Assembly: GCA_044070495.1 (NCBI GenBank)
Contig: JBIPSI010000027.1
Span: 1-64,000 of the forward strand
Direction: 5' to 3'
DNA length: 64,000 bases
Origin: Spirulina sp.
GTDB lineage: Bacteria; Cyanobacteriota; Cyanobacteriia; Phormidesmidales; Phormidesmidaceae
Made by a program: the position numbers and the translations under genes. Positions 10,501 through 20,138 of the stretch are shown here, one piece after another (position 1 is the first letter of the stretch; each line of letters begins with the position of its first letter). The notes under the pieces were generated by a model. It did no database searches. It had not been told where the DNA came from and worked only from the letters and a program-made list of their open reading frames with translations.

Positions 10501-10782
10501 ATGGCGGATTCCGGTGCTTCCCTGACTAGCGAAAATTCTGAACTATTGCCCCGTCAAGAAAGGGTAGAAACGCTGCGTAATGCCCTAGAAACCCTGCAAA
10601 TTGCCGACGAAATTGCCAAGCAGGGCTACCTGATCACCAGTTCCGAACTGGCGGACTTGATGGATGTGAACGCCAGCGCCGTCACCAGCCGGGGCGAACT
10701 GTGGCATTGGCGCAATTGGTCTGTCTCCCGCGTGCGCCGCGAAGGCAACCAAATTCTCTGGCAAATCGAGCGTATCGATTAA
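10501..10782 (+). CDS. Conserved cyanobacterial hypothetical protein (HTH-like)
   Basis: ITSSELADLMDVNASAVTSRG pattern; clean ORF followed by a hairpin and T-run. Confidence 0.75.
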   Translation: MADSGASLTSENSELLPRQERVETLRNALETLQIADEIAKQGYLITSSELADLMDVNASAVTSRGELWHWRNWSVSRVRREGNQILWQIERID

Positions 10783-10937
10783 CCGCTTGTGATTGCTTTC
10801 CATGGAATGGGCCGGGGTTTCCTGTGCCCATTTTTTAAGTGCGCCTAGCGATAGTGAGGCCGAGGCCGTCCTAGGATCTGCCGATAGGTGGGTTGTATGG
10901 CCGACCGCCGCCCTTTCTGCTAACCCAACCTGTGAGC

Positions 10938-12257
10938 TTACAGTCCTCCCACAAAGCGGCCTGGGCTGAGTTTCTGTTCGGGGTCAAACTGGGTTTTGAT
11001 GGCCTTCATCAGGGCGATGGCTGGGCCAACGTCGCCCCAAACATCGCAGGCTTGCTTGAGATCGGGGGACGCTTCCAGCAGCACCAGGTAGCCCTGGGAT
11101 TCCGTACAAATCGAACGCAGCTTTTGCAGCAGGTCGGGGGTAGCGGTTTCTGCATTCAGGCATACCGTACCGATGCCGCTGCTGGCGTGGAGGCGGGTGA
11201 GGGGGCTGGGAGAAATCTTCTGGAGTTGGGCCAACAGGTCGCAGGCGGCGGTGGGCAGCAGGCCAACCTTGGCTTTCACGGTGGCGGATACGATAGTCTC
11301 CGGGGGGAAGAGGTGGTGATTCGCCTGACCCCAGAACGCTTGATCCTCGGTTTCCGCCAATTCTTGGATTTCTAGTCCGGCGGGAATAATTTGGCGCAGG
11401 ACGGTCAACTGTTCTTCCACCCCAGGGGCAATGGACTGGAACCTGGCCGCTAGGGTGAAGGCTTCTGGGCTACCCAAGGCAGCGGCGAGGGCAGGGGAGA
11501 GCAGATCCAGGGCCACGGGGGTCAGCGATGAACGACGCACGGCGGCGGTGAGGGCCTGGATTTCGGCAATATTCCCGGAAATCACCAGGGTTTTCGAGGT
11601 TTCCTGCACTGGAAACAGGCGGAAGGTGAGTTGGGAAATCACGCCCAAGCTGCCGTAGGACCCTGTGAACAGCTTCATCAGGTCATATCCGGCCACGTTT
11701 TTTACCACGCGGCCCCCGGCCTTGGCGATTTGGCCGTCGTAGCGCACCAAGGAAAGGCCAATCAGCATATCCCGTACGCCGCCGTAGCGCTGCCGCAGAG
11801 AACCCGCATCCCCCGTGGCCACCATGCCGCCCAGGGTGGCCCGGTGTGGATAGGCCGGATCCAGTGCGAGGAACTGGTTAACGGCGGCGAGTTTGGGGGC
11901 CAATTCCGCCAAAGTCACCCCTGCCTGGGCGGTGAGGGTCATATCTCCCACGGCATGGTCAATAATCTGGTTGAGGCGGGCGGTGCTAATCACCAGGTCA
12001 ATGCCTTGGGCCAACCCGCCCCAGGTGAGCTTGCTGCCACTGCCACAGGGCAACACTCGCCATTGGTTTTGGTGGGCACAGGCCATCACCTCCGCCAGTT
12101 GTGCTTCGCTGGTGGGGTACACCACGGCTTGGGGCAGGGTGCGATCCGCCACCGTCACCTGGGTTAGGGATGTCCCCAACTCAGCGGCGATTTGGTCTTG
12201 AGGGACAACGGATTCCGCCCCAAGCAGGGCGGTGAGGGTGCTAACGAGGTCGGCCAT
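10938..12257 (-). CDS. glcE: FAD-binding oxidoreductase, glycolate dehydrogenase GlcE-like
   Basis: GGRVVKNVAGYDLMKLFTGSYGSLG and FDP..LSPGRF motifs; start taken as ATG at 12257. Confidence 0.85.
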   Translation of the reverse strand: MADLVSTLTALLGAESVVPQDQIAAELGTSLTQVTVADRTLPQAVVYPTSEAQLAEVMACAHQNQWRVLPCGSGSKLTWGGLAQGIDLVISTARLNQIIDHAVGDMTLTAQAGVTLAELAPKLAAVNQFLALDPAYPHRATLGGMVATGDAGSLRQRYGGVRDMLIGLSLVRYDGQIAKAGGRVVKNVAGYDLMKLFTGSYGSLGVISQLTFRLFPVQETSKTLVISGNIAEIQALTAAVRRSSLTPVALDLLSPALAAALGSPEAFTLAARFQSIAPGVEEQLTVLRQIIPAGLEIQELAETEDQAFWGQANHHLFPPETIVSATVKAKVGLLPTAACDLLAQLQKISPSPLTRLHASSGIGTVCLNAETATPDLLQKLRSICTESQGYLVLLEASPDLKQACDVWGDVGPAIALMKAIKTQFDPEQKLSPGRFVGGL

Positions 12258-12262
12258 GGGCG

Positions 12263-13066
12263 CTAGTCGATGCTGATGGGGGTGGGGCCGCTGGCGCTGG
12301 AGGCCGAGGGGGGCGGTACGTCGGTGCGGGGGGTGCGGAACTCGCTGTAGAGCCGATCTCGCCAGTCGAAGAAGGCTTGGTATTCCGGCACATCGGCCAA
12401 ACCGGGTACGCCCTTGCCGCAAATGCCCTCCGGCAGATCGACGTACTGACGGTCGGGGAATTTGAGGTACATGGTAGCGGAGGCCACGGCGAAATCCGCC
12501 AGGGTGGGCTGGTTGCCCAGTAGGTAGGGGCTGTTTTCCAGCATCAGACACAGCGCCTCTAGGTCGTGCTTGAGGGCGGTGGCGGCAACCTTAATATCAT
12601 CTGGCCCAAAGCCAACCCCGGTGCCGACGAGGTTCAGAATGTCCCCCGGTAGGGCACCCACCAGGTTCCGCAGCAGGTCAGGGGTGGCGGTGGGTAATAA
12701 TGCGGTGCGGAAGTTGGGGTGCTGCTTAAAGGCTCCGATCATCACCTTGCGGGCGTTGGGCACAATCGCCTCGTCGGCCCAGCTTTCCATGGCGAGGCAC
12801 AGCCCCCGCTGCTTCGGATCGGTGGGCAGAATGGGGCGGTCGGGGTAGGTGCGCTCTAGGTGCAGGGCAATGGCGGTGGAATCGGGAATGATCTGGTCGC
12901 CATCCTTGAGTACGGGCACCTGGCGCTGGCCCGACATTTGGAAAATTTCAACCTGGCCCACGCCGGGGGTGACTTCTACCTTTTGGTAGGGCAGTTGCTT
13001 GTAATCGAGGATGAGACGAACTTTCTCCGCGTAGGTGGAGGCTTCAAACTGGTACAGCGCTAGCAT
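12263..13066 (-). CDS. Glutathione S-transferase family protein
   Basis: QVPVL..DSTAI and PTLADFAV motifs. Confidence 0.9.
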   Translation of the reverse strand: MLALYQFEASTYAEKVRLILDYKQLPYQKVEVTPGVGQVEIFQMSGQRQVPVLKDGDQIIPDSTAIALHLERTYPDRPILPTDPKQRGLCLAMESWADEAIVPNARKVMIGAFKQHPNFRTALLPTATPDLLRNLVGALPGDILNLVGTGVGFGPDDIKVAATALKHDLEALCLMLENSPYLLGNQPTLADFAVASATMYLKFPDRQYVDLPEGICGKGVPGLADVPEYQAFFDWRDRLYSEFRTPRTDVPPPSASSASGPTPISID

Positions 13067-13099
13067 GGTTGTCCTCTTAGCAGCCTTGGATATCGGGGA

Positions 13100-14092
13100 T
13101 CAGTTCTGACCCGGTATCACTGTATCGCTATTTGCGGGGTCTGCACAGGCAGAGGTGGCTGGCGGTTGGGTGACCACGGTGACCGACCCAAACCCAGCGG
13201 TGGATAACAGTTGGCCCACGGTGATCTCGGCGCGGCGGTTGGCTTCATCTAGCAAGCCCGTGGTACAGGCGGCGGCTTCGATTTTCTGTAGCGCTTCCTG
13301 CTGGGCCAGGGTTTGCAGTTGGGGGGCATTATCTGGCCCTAGGCCCAGCCAGCCCCGGTCATAGTCGTAGACGGTGGATTTGCTCACATCCAGCTTGCTG
13401 TCTAACACCTGCGGCGGCGGCAGGGTCACGCGAATGGCGGATTCGCCCTCAATCTGCACGTTATCCACGGTAATTTGCGACAGATCCACCCCAGCCCGCA
13501 CCTCCCCATAGGCCAGGTAGAGCAGGTTGGTAGAGCCGATCACATAGCCCGCCAGGGTTCGATCACTCTGGGCCGGGACGACCGCCTCCATGGCAAAAAT
13601 CGCCGTGGTCAGTTCGCTGGCCCCTCGAAGTTGCTGCACCACCACGGTACGCACATCCACCTCCGGCTCCGTCACCGCCGGAATAAACAGCGTGGGAACG
13701 GCCTGCAAAAACTGTTGCCCCGTCCGCAAAACCCCAATTCCCAGCACCAGACCCACCGCTACGGTGCCGCCGATCACCATTTGCCCCAGGGGCCACAGCC
13801 AACGCCAGGGTTTCATTTTCGGCCTCGGTTGATGCGGGGACTCAAGGTTGTAGGCGGGAACAGCGTCAGGGGAATCCAGCCCAACCCCAGAATTGACATC
13901 AAAAGATCCATGCCCTGACCAATCGGATTCACTCGTCCAACCGGAGCCATAGATGCTTCCTCCTGCCCCGTCGCCTGGTTCATGATTAGAAGATCCTTGA
14001 AGTCTGGACGGTTCCCTCTCCGCTGATGGCAGGATGGCCATGGCTGACAAACGGCGATCTACGGCATCGGAATCGGCAGGAACATGGCCCAT
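13100..14092 (-). CDS. DUF4230 membrane-anchored protein
   Basis: One TM segment, then GEVRAGVDLS..VTLPPPQV. Confidence 0.8.
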   Translation of the reverse strand: MGHVPADSDAVDRRLSAMAILPSAEREPSRLQGSSNHEPGDGAGGSIYGSGWTSESDWSGHGSFDVNSGVGLDSPDAVPAYNLESPHQPRPKMKPWRWLWPLGQMVIGGTVAVGLVLGIGVLRTGQQFLQAVPTLFIPAVTEPEVDVRTVVVQQLRGASELTTAIFAMEAVVPAQSDRTLAGYVIGSTNLLYLAYGEVRAGVDLSQITVDNVQIEGESAIRVTLPPPQVLDSKLDVSKSTVYDYDRGWLGLGPDNAPQLQTLAQQEALQKIEAAACTTGLLDEANRRAEITVGQLLSTAGFGSVTVVTQPPATSACADPANSDTVIPGQN

Positions 14093-14551
14093 AGCTAACC
14101 TCAAGGGGCGAACGTGAATGGTAAACGTGACGATACGAGGCTAGCAAATTCCCCTCCTCGTCGGGGGAAGGGCTGTGCAACTTTGATTGGGCAACTTTAG
14201 ATACCAAGGTCATCGCAGCCATACGCTAGGCGACCGGGGAAATCCTGGGTATAAGTTCCACGATCATGAATATGACTCCGTCAGAAATAGAGAAACAGGT
14301 CGGAACAGAGGGAGGTGGAATGGATTACGGTCAGGAGATCTCGTCGTCAGGATCCTAGGTCAATATCCTAGGTCAAGCGTCCCAATGCCCCTAGGGGCAA
14401 CCCAACATCAGGCTAGATCAAAGTTTGTGAAACAGAGATCAAATTGTAAGCTAGACTACTGAACTGTCCTAGAGGCTTTCTTAACCTAAGGAGCCGATCA
14501 CCTGCCTGGGGATCGGGGAAAATGACATAAAACCCTACATAAATACCGCAG

Positions 14552-14701
14552 TTTTCCACAGGCACATCTTTTGTTAAGATGATTTAACTTTTTCTGGAAG
14601 CCCTTCTGTTCAGCAGGTTACGAGGGGCTAAGGATCCTAGATACCCATATTCCACACACTTATCCACAGCTTTGCCCAGGGCTGTGGATAACTTGTCCTC
14701 A
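14552..14701. promoter_or_regulatory. DnaA-box cluster
   Basis: TTTTCCACA at 14552, TATTCCACA at 14648, TTATCCACA at 14660, TGTGGATAA at 14683, and a weak TTGTCCTCA-like copy near 14693. Confidence 0.6.
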
Positions 14702-14806
14702 GGAATGAATTTGTGCCAAGGAAGTTAACGAAAGGCTAAGTTTGGCCTCTTCCGATAGGCCGCCTATTCTTTATAGAAGTCCGTTTTAAGGAGATTGCGT
14801 TGCCCT

Positions 14807-15586
14807 ATGGCTGTATCCATGCGTCAAAAAACCGTCCTCATCACCGGAGCCAGTAGCGGCATTGGGGCCGCCTGTGCGCGGTTGTTGGCTAAGGATGGGG
14901 CACGGCTGATCTTAGCGGCTCGTCGTACCGAAAAAATTCAGACCCTCGCCTCAGAATTGCAGGCCCAGTACGGCATCGAAGTATGGCCCCTGCCCCTGGA
15001 TGTGTGTGATGCCCAGGCGGTGCAGGCGGCGATTGACGGCCTACCGACGGAATGGCAGGCCATTGATGTGCTAATCAATAATGCGGGCCTGAGTCGAGGG
15101 ATGGATAAACAGTACGAAGCCCCCCTGCAAGACTGGGAGGAAATGATCGACACCAACGTCAAAGGCTTGCTTTATATGAGCCGCGCCGTGGTGCCGGGGA
15201 TGGTGGCACGGGGCCAGGGCCATGTGGTGAATGTGGGATCTATTGCTGGACGACAGACCTATCCGGGCGGTAGCGTGTATTGTGCCACCAAGGCGGCGGT
15301 GAAGGCGCTTTCGGAAGGGCTAAAACTCGACCTGCTGGGTACCGCCGTCCGGGTCACCAACATTGAACCGGGGTTTGTGGAAACGGAATTTAGCGATGTG
15401 CGCTTCCATGGCGACACCGAACGGGCCAAGCAGGTCTACAAGGGCATGGTTCCCCTCACCGGAGAGGACATTGCCGACAGCATCGTCTTTGCCATCACCC
15501 GCCCGCCCCACATCAACATCAGCGAAATTTTTCTCATGCCCACCGACCAATCCTCGGTGTTCCACGTTCACCGCCGCCTAGAATAG
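14807..15586 (+). CDS. SDR family NADP-dependent oxidoreductase (YdfG-like)
   Basis: [12 protein letters not shown] and YCATK motifs. Confidence 0.93.
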   Translation: MAVSMRQKTVLITGASSGIGAACARLLAKDGARLILAARRTEKIQTLASELQAQYGIEVWPLPLDVCDAQAVQAAIDGLPTEWQAIDVLINNAGLSRGMDKQYEAPLQDWEEMIDTNVKGLLYMSRAVVPGMVARGQGHVVNVGSIAGRQTYPGGSVYCATKAAVKALSEGLKLDLLGTAVRVTNIEPGFVETEFSDVRFHGDTERAKQVYKGMVPLTGEDIADSIVFAITRPPHINISEIFLMPTDQSSVFHVHRRLE

Positions 15587-15612
15587 CCCTGAATCCCTCA
15601 ACCTATCGACCC

Positions 15613-16269
15613 ATGGCTAAGGCTCAACCCTCTACCCATCCTCCCCGCATTCTGTTTCTGTATGGATCCCTGCGAGAGCGATCCTACAGCCGTCTGCTGG
15701 CTGAAGAAGCGGCCCGGATTATCGAAGACTTTGGGGCCGAGGTGAAATTCTTTGATCCCCGTGGCTTACCCCTCTACGGTGCCGAGCCCGACACTCACCC
15801 CAAGGTGCAGGAACTGCGGGAACTCTCCCAATGGTCGGAGGGGCAGGTGTGGTCTAGCCCAGAACTACACGGCAACATCTCTGGGCTAATGAAAACCCAA
15901 ATCGACTGGATTCCCCTCTCCATCGGAGCCGTTCGCCCCACCCAGGGCCGCACCCTGGCGGTGATGCAGGTATCGGGCGGTTCCCAGTCCTTTAATGCGG
16001 TCAACACGATGCGAATCCTGGGCCGCTGGATGCGGATGTTCACCATTCCTAACCAGTCCTCGGTGCCCAAGGCCTATCAGGAATTCCACGAAGACGGCAC
16101 CATGAAGGACTCCGCCTACCGCGACCGGGTGGTGGATGTGATGGAAGAACTCTACCGCTTTACCCTACTGCTGCGGGACCAGGTGGACGAACTCACCGAC
16201 CGCTACAGCGAGCGCAAGGCCGCCGCTGCCAAGGAAGTCGAACAAACGGCTCAAAAAGCCATTCAGTAA
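15613..16269 (+). CDS. arsH: Arsenical resistance flavoprotein ArsH
   Basis: [25 protein letters not shown] and DRYSER motifs. Confidence 0.95.
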   Translation: MAKAQPSTHPPRILFLYGSLRERSYSRLLAEEAARIIEDFGAEVKFFDPRGLPLYGAEPDTHPKVQELRELSQWSEGQVWSSPELHGNISGLMKTQIDWIPLSIGAVRPTQGRTLAVMQVSGGSQSFNAVNTMRILGRWMRMFTIPNQSSVPKAYQEFHEDGTMKDSAYRDRVVDVMEELYRFTLLLRDQVDELTDRYSERKAAAAKEVEQTAQKAIQ

Positions 16270-16357
16270 CTTCTGTTCGGGATCAGAAAAGTTTCTGTCA
16301 AAGCAGGTTTGCTTTCCCCGCCTGGGAGGGGTACTGGAGACACGGCTATTTCCTTCT

Positions 16358-16747
16358 TTAGCAAATGGTTGACAACCATTCGGCTGCTGTCAGGTGGGTA
16401 TCGACAGTCGCCAGTTGGAAGCCATAACGCAGAGCTGTTGCTGCAATAAAACGATCGGCTGGATCTTGATGGGGCAAGTCGATTTGGCGGCTTAAGATAG
16501 CGATTTCGCCGGTTAACGGAGCTTCAAGAATTTGCAATGCATCCAGAGACTTCTCGATCCACGCGGCAGGGTCATCTGACAGTGCAATTTTTCCCTTTTC
16601 ATCCAGAAGCATGACCTCCCACAGGCTGATGGGACTAACCCACAATTCTGTATCCGTTTGAGGAATGAGAGATCTGAGAGTATCCGAAAGCTGGTCATCG
16701 CCCAGTGTGTACCAGAGCCAGATATGGGTATCGAGCAGGAGTTTCAC
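16358..16747 (-). CDS. PIN-domain VapC toxin
   Basis: LLDTHIW..ISLWE..HQDPADRFI; the GTG start overlaps the upstream stop (GTGA). Confidence 0.9.
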   Translation of the reverse strand: MKLLLDTHIWLWYTLGDDQLSDTLRSLIPQTDTELWVSPISLWEVMLLDEKGKIALSDDPAAWIEKSLDALQILEAPLTGEIAILSRQIDLPHQDPADRFIAATALRYGFQLATVDTHLTAAEWLSTIC

Positions 16748-17100
16748 TGAAAGGCTTCCCAATCACTTTCAGGTATGACTGGGGACACAACATCACCAAG
16801 AATGGTGCCGGTGTCTTTCATAAAACCAAAGGCTGGACGTTGGGGCTGCTCTACTGAGGTGTAGGGGCCTGAATAATGGCGCACTGTGCCACGAGAAAGA
16901 TGTTCATCGGCACTATTGGATGCGTCTGTTAACGGTTGGGCGGGCATTGGATAGATTGAATAGCGCTGGCCTGCCGGGGTCTGGGCTGCCGTGCTGGTGC
17001 TAAGTTCAACTTTTAAGGATTGTAGGATCACCTCAATCATGGCAATGCGATCTTCAAGAGAGGCGGCTTGCATTTTTTGAAGAATTTCAGCGTCGATCAT
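16744..17100 (-). CDS. Putative antitoxin partner of VapC
   Basis: Coupled to the PIN gene; C-terminal FG.MKDTG.ILGDVVSP..DWE motif. Confidence 0.7.
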   Translation of the reverse strand: MIDAEILQKMQAASLEDRIAMIEVILQSLKVELSTSTAAQTPAGQRYSIYPMPAQPLTDASNSADEHLSRGTVRHYSGPYTSVEQPQRPAFGFMKDTGTILGDVVSPVIPESDWEAFQ

Positions 17101-17272
17101 GACGTTATTTCGAGGGATGAACGACCTTAACTCAGGCGGTGGCACAGGCTCAATACAAGACCCACTGTAGGATGAGTTCGCCAAGCGTCATCCATTCGGG
17201 GAAGCCTTTTCATGGGTTACGGCGGAGCCTAACCACATCCTACACAAGGTTCCACCGACCGACTTAACCTCA

Positions 17273-17403
17273 GAGGGCGTTTGAAAAGGGTTGCCTCAGG
17301 TGCGATTGGTCGCTAGATCGGTGCAAATTTACGGGATTTTTGACGCCTGAGGCTGACCTCATCGGTATAACTTGGGACAAGCTTCGGCTTTTCAAATGTC
17401 CTC
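17273..17403. mobile_element. 131-bp MITE (IS5/IS1031-like ends)
   Basis: TIRs GAGGGCGTTTGAAAAG and CTTTTCAAATGTCCTC, flanked by a TCA direct repeat. Confidence 0.75.
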
Positions 17404-17582
17404 TCAGGTCGAGATCAGAAACGTCTCTGTCAAATCAGGTTTGCTTGCCCTCCTGGGAGGACGCTATCCCAAACTCAGGTTCCAAGAGGCAGGCATCCTC
17501 TCGAATCCGCCTTCTATCCCCCGCGTCTTAACCCACCAAAACCTAGAGGTGGGCTTGGCCTTGGGATGGGTTTTGTTGAGGC

Positions 17583-18899
17583 TTACCCCCCCACCGCGCC
17601 GTAGACAATCCCCGACAGCGTGGCCATCACCACCACCAGGGCCACGAAGACCACGGTTTTCTTCGTGCCCATAATGCTGCGGATCACCAGCATGTTTGGC
17701 AACGATAGGGCGGGGCCAGCTAACAACAGCGCCAGGGCGGGGCCTTGGCCCATACCGTTGCCAATCAACCCTTGCAGAATTGGCACTTCGGTGAGGGTGG
17801 CGAAGTACATGAAGGCCCCGGCGAGGGCGGCGAAGAAGTTGGAAAACAGAGAATTGCCCCCCACCGCCCAGGTAATCCACTGGGAGGGGATCAGCGCCTC
17901 TTGGCCGGGGCGACCGAGCAATGCCCCCGCCACCAGCACGCCAAAGAACAGCAGCGGCAGAATTTGCTTGGCGTAGTCCCAGGAGGACTGGAACCACTCG
18001 CCTGCTTCGTCCTTATCCGTACTGGTGAGCCAGGAGAGGCCGATCACCGCTGCCCCAAAGGCCACCATGGGCTGGGCCACAAACTGGAAGGCCAGCACCG
18101 TGGTCACCCCCGCCACCAGGGCTACTTTGCCGGGGTTCAGGTTCAGCCAGCGAATTAGCATCACCGCCAAGGCTACCCCCAAGGCTCCGGTGATCCACCA
18201 CTTGGCAGCGTAGATCGCCGCCCAGGGGCCAACGGTTGACGCTGGGGCCGCCCAGTTGGCAAACACTAGAATGCCCACCATCACCCCAAAGAACAGGGCA
18301 TTTTGCCACAGGGGGCGAGCGACTTCCGGCTCCGACAACCCGGCCTGGGCTTCGATTTTTTCCAGTTCTTCCTGCCGGAAAATGAAGGCCATCAGCAGGC
18401 CAATCACCACGCTAAAAACAATTGCCCCCACCGCCCGCGCAAGGCCCAGCTTTAGCCCCAGCACCCGCGCCGTCAGGATAATCGCCAGCACGTTGATGGC
18501 GGGGCCAGAGTAGAGAAACGCCGTGGCAGGGCCGAGGCCAGCCCCCATGCGGTAAATGCCCGCAAACAGGGGCAGCACCGTGCAGGAACACACCGCCAAA
18601 ATCGTGCCCGACACCGAGGCCACACTGTAGGCCAAAACCTTGTTGGCGTGGGCCCCCAGGTATTTCATCACCGCATCCTGGGAGATGAACACCGCAATGG
18701 CCCCGGCAATGAAGAAGGCCGGAATCAAACACAGCAGCACATGCTCCTGGGCATACCAGCGCACCAAGTGAAGCGACTCAAACACCGCATTACGCAAGCG
18801 TTCTGAGTTCTGAATCGCCTCCACGGGCAGGTAAAAACAGGCCAGGAACCCCGCCAAAATCCACAGCAGCGGCTTCCATTCCGATTTCCAAAAATGCAT
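17583..18899 (-). CDS. ArsP/DUF318-family permease
   Basis: LAVCSCTVLPLF, FLYSGPAIN and MYFATLTEVP motifs; many TM segments. Confidence 0.88.
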   Translation of the reverse strand: MHFWKSEWKPLLWILAGFLACFYLPVEAIQNSERLRNAVFESLHLVRWYAQEHVLLCLIPAFFIAGAIAVFISQDAVMKYLGAHANKVLAYSVASVSGTILAVCSCTVLPLFAGIYRMGAGLGPATAFLYSGPAINVLAIILTARVLGLKLGLARAVGAIVFSVVIGLLMAFIFRQEELEKIEAQAGLSEPEVARPLWQNALFFGVMVGILVFANWAAPASTVGPWAAIYAAKWWITGALGVALAVMLIRWLNLNPGKVALVAGVTTVLAFQFVAQPMVAFGAAVIGLSWLTSTDKDEAGEWFQSSWDYAKQILPLLFFGVLVAGALLGRPGQEALIPSQWITWAVGGNSLFSNFFAALAGAFMYFATLTEVPILQGLIGNGMGQGPALALLLAGPALSLPNMLVIRSIMGTKKTVVFVALVVVMATLSGIVYGAVGG

Positions 18900-18962
18900 A
18901 GACAACCTTCCTCCCCAAGCTGGCTGGGGATCCTGTGGTGTAAACAATGGGTGAGTCAGGAA

Positions 18963-19027
18963 AGATCCCAGGGTTCTGTCTGGGGCTGTATTAGCTATCG
19001 CTGGTTAGATCAAGAACCCTGGGATCT
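18963..19027. repeat. Inverted repeat pair with 35-bp interior (REP-like)
   Basis: AGATCCCAGGGTTCT...AGAACCCTGGGATCT; the same arms recur at 22923-23059. Confidence 0.8.
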
Positions 19028-19034
19028 GATTGCC

Positions 19035-19277
19035 CTATCTGGGCAGTAGGGCGGCGATGGCGGCGGGTTCTAGGAGTTTGCCCTGGCTGAGGACTTGGCC
19101 GTTCACCACTAGGGCCGGGGTTTTCATCACGCCGCGCTTGACGATTTCCATGGTGTCGGTAATGTGGGACACCTCGGCCTCTAGCTGCCGATTGTCAATG
19201 GCCATCTTGGCGTTGGCCTCTAGTTGGTGGCACTTCTTGCAGCCTGTGCCTAGAATTTCAACCTTTAGGGTAGTCAT
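19035..19277 (-). CDS. Small thioredoxin-like redox-active disulfide protein
   Basis: ILGTGCKKC..GVMKTPALVVNG. Confidence 0.9.
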   Translation of the reverse strand: MTTLKVEILGTGCKKCHQLEANAKMAIDNRQLEAEVSHITDTMEIVKRGVMKTPALVVNGQVLSQGKLLEPAAIAALLPR

Positions 19278-19359
19278 GGCCGTTACCATTCCTTCAATGG
19301 AGTGAAATAGAAATAAATGGGGTGAAATCTGGGTTCAGTGGAAAAGGATCCGTGGGCAA

Positions 19360-19794
19360 TCAGTCCCTGGACTCTAGGGATGCCGCCGCCGTCAGCGAAT
19401 GGGCTTGAAACACCACACACTGCTTCCCCTCGTCAGGTTGGGCCGCGCCTCGCTGACACTGTTCCAACAGGGGACGGAGTTGGGCCTTCAGGGCTTGCAG
19501 GTTGCGGATGGTTTCGTCGATCTGCGCCATTTTCCTCAGCAGCCGATCCTGCACCTCCCGGCAAGACAGGCGTTGGCCATCCTGGAGGGCCAGCAGTTCC
19601 TTAATGTCATCCAGGCTTAGCCCTAGGGTTTTGGCCTGGGTGATGAAGGTGAGCCGATCCAGATCCGTCTGGTCGTAGAGCCGATAGCCTGCCGCCGTGC
19701 GCTGGGGGCTGGGCATGAGACCAATGCGCTCATAGAAATAGAGGGTCTGGGGGTTCAGCCCTAGGCGACGGGAGACTTCACCAACCTGAAACAT
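19360..19794 (-). CDS. MerR-family heavy-metal-responsive regulator
   Basis: TLYFYERIGL..R...GYRLY, LGLSLDDI and three Cys residues; start taken as ATG at 19794. Confidence 0.9.
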   Translation of the reverse strand: MFQVGEVSRRLGLNPQTLYFYERIGLMPSPQRTAAGYRLYDQTDLDRLTFITQAKTLGLSLDDIKELLALQDGQRLSCREVQDRLLRKMAQIDETIRNLQALKAQLRPLLEQCQRGAAQPDEGKQCVVFQAHSLTAAASLESRD

Positions 19795-19836
19795 GGAGCG
19801 ACCTCGCAGTGGCCTGACACGGGATTCCACCCCCAA

Positions 19837-19868
19837 AGCCTACCCCTTATACCCACGTATAAGGTCAA
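19837..19868 (-). promoter_or_regulatory. MerR-type promoter/operator
   Basis: Minus strand TTGACC-20 bp-TAGGCT, with the dyad CCTTATAC-N4-GTATAAGG (19845-19864) in the spacer. Confidence 0.85.
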
Positions 19869-19922
19869 GGGTTTAGGGTAAATATTGCAGAATCCGCCCC
19901 ATCGTTTGCCCCAGTTCCGCAG

Positions 19923-19940
19923 GTTACGTTAAATTAAGTA
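19923..19940 (+). promoter_or_regulatory. Possible HLR1 (RpaB) site upstream of ftsH2
   Basis: GTTACGTT-aa-ATTAAGTA imperfect direct repeat. Confidence 0.35.
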
Positions 19941-20138
19941 AAGATTTCGTCTCATACTTTTTACTTTAGACGGTAGTTTGGCAACTTCCTTGGCAACGAT
20001 TCCTTGCTTCCCAGGCATGATGGACATATCTGTTAACCCCGCGAATCGGGAACTTGGAGCCGGGGCTTGGTAGCTGCCTAACGCTGCTTTAGTCAACGCC
20101 GATAAATCTGTGCAAGTCGTGAATAGAGGCCATTGGTT

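Noticed and set aside
12258..12551. N-terminal extension of the glcE ORF
   Set aside because: It overlaps the GST gene in another frame; ATG 12257 is the more plausible start.
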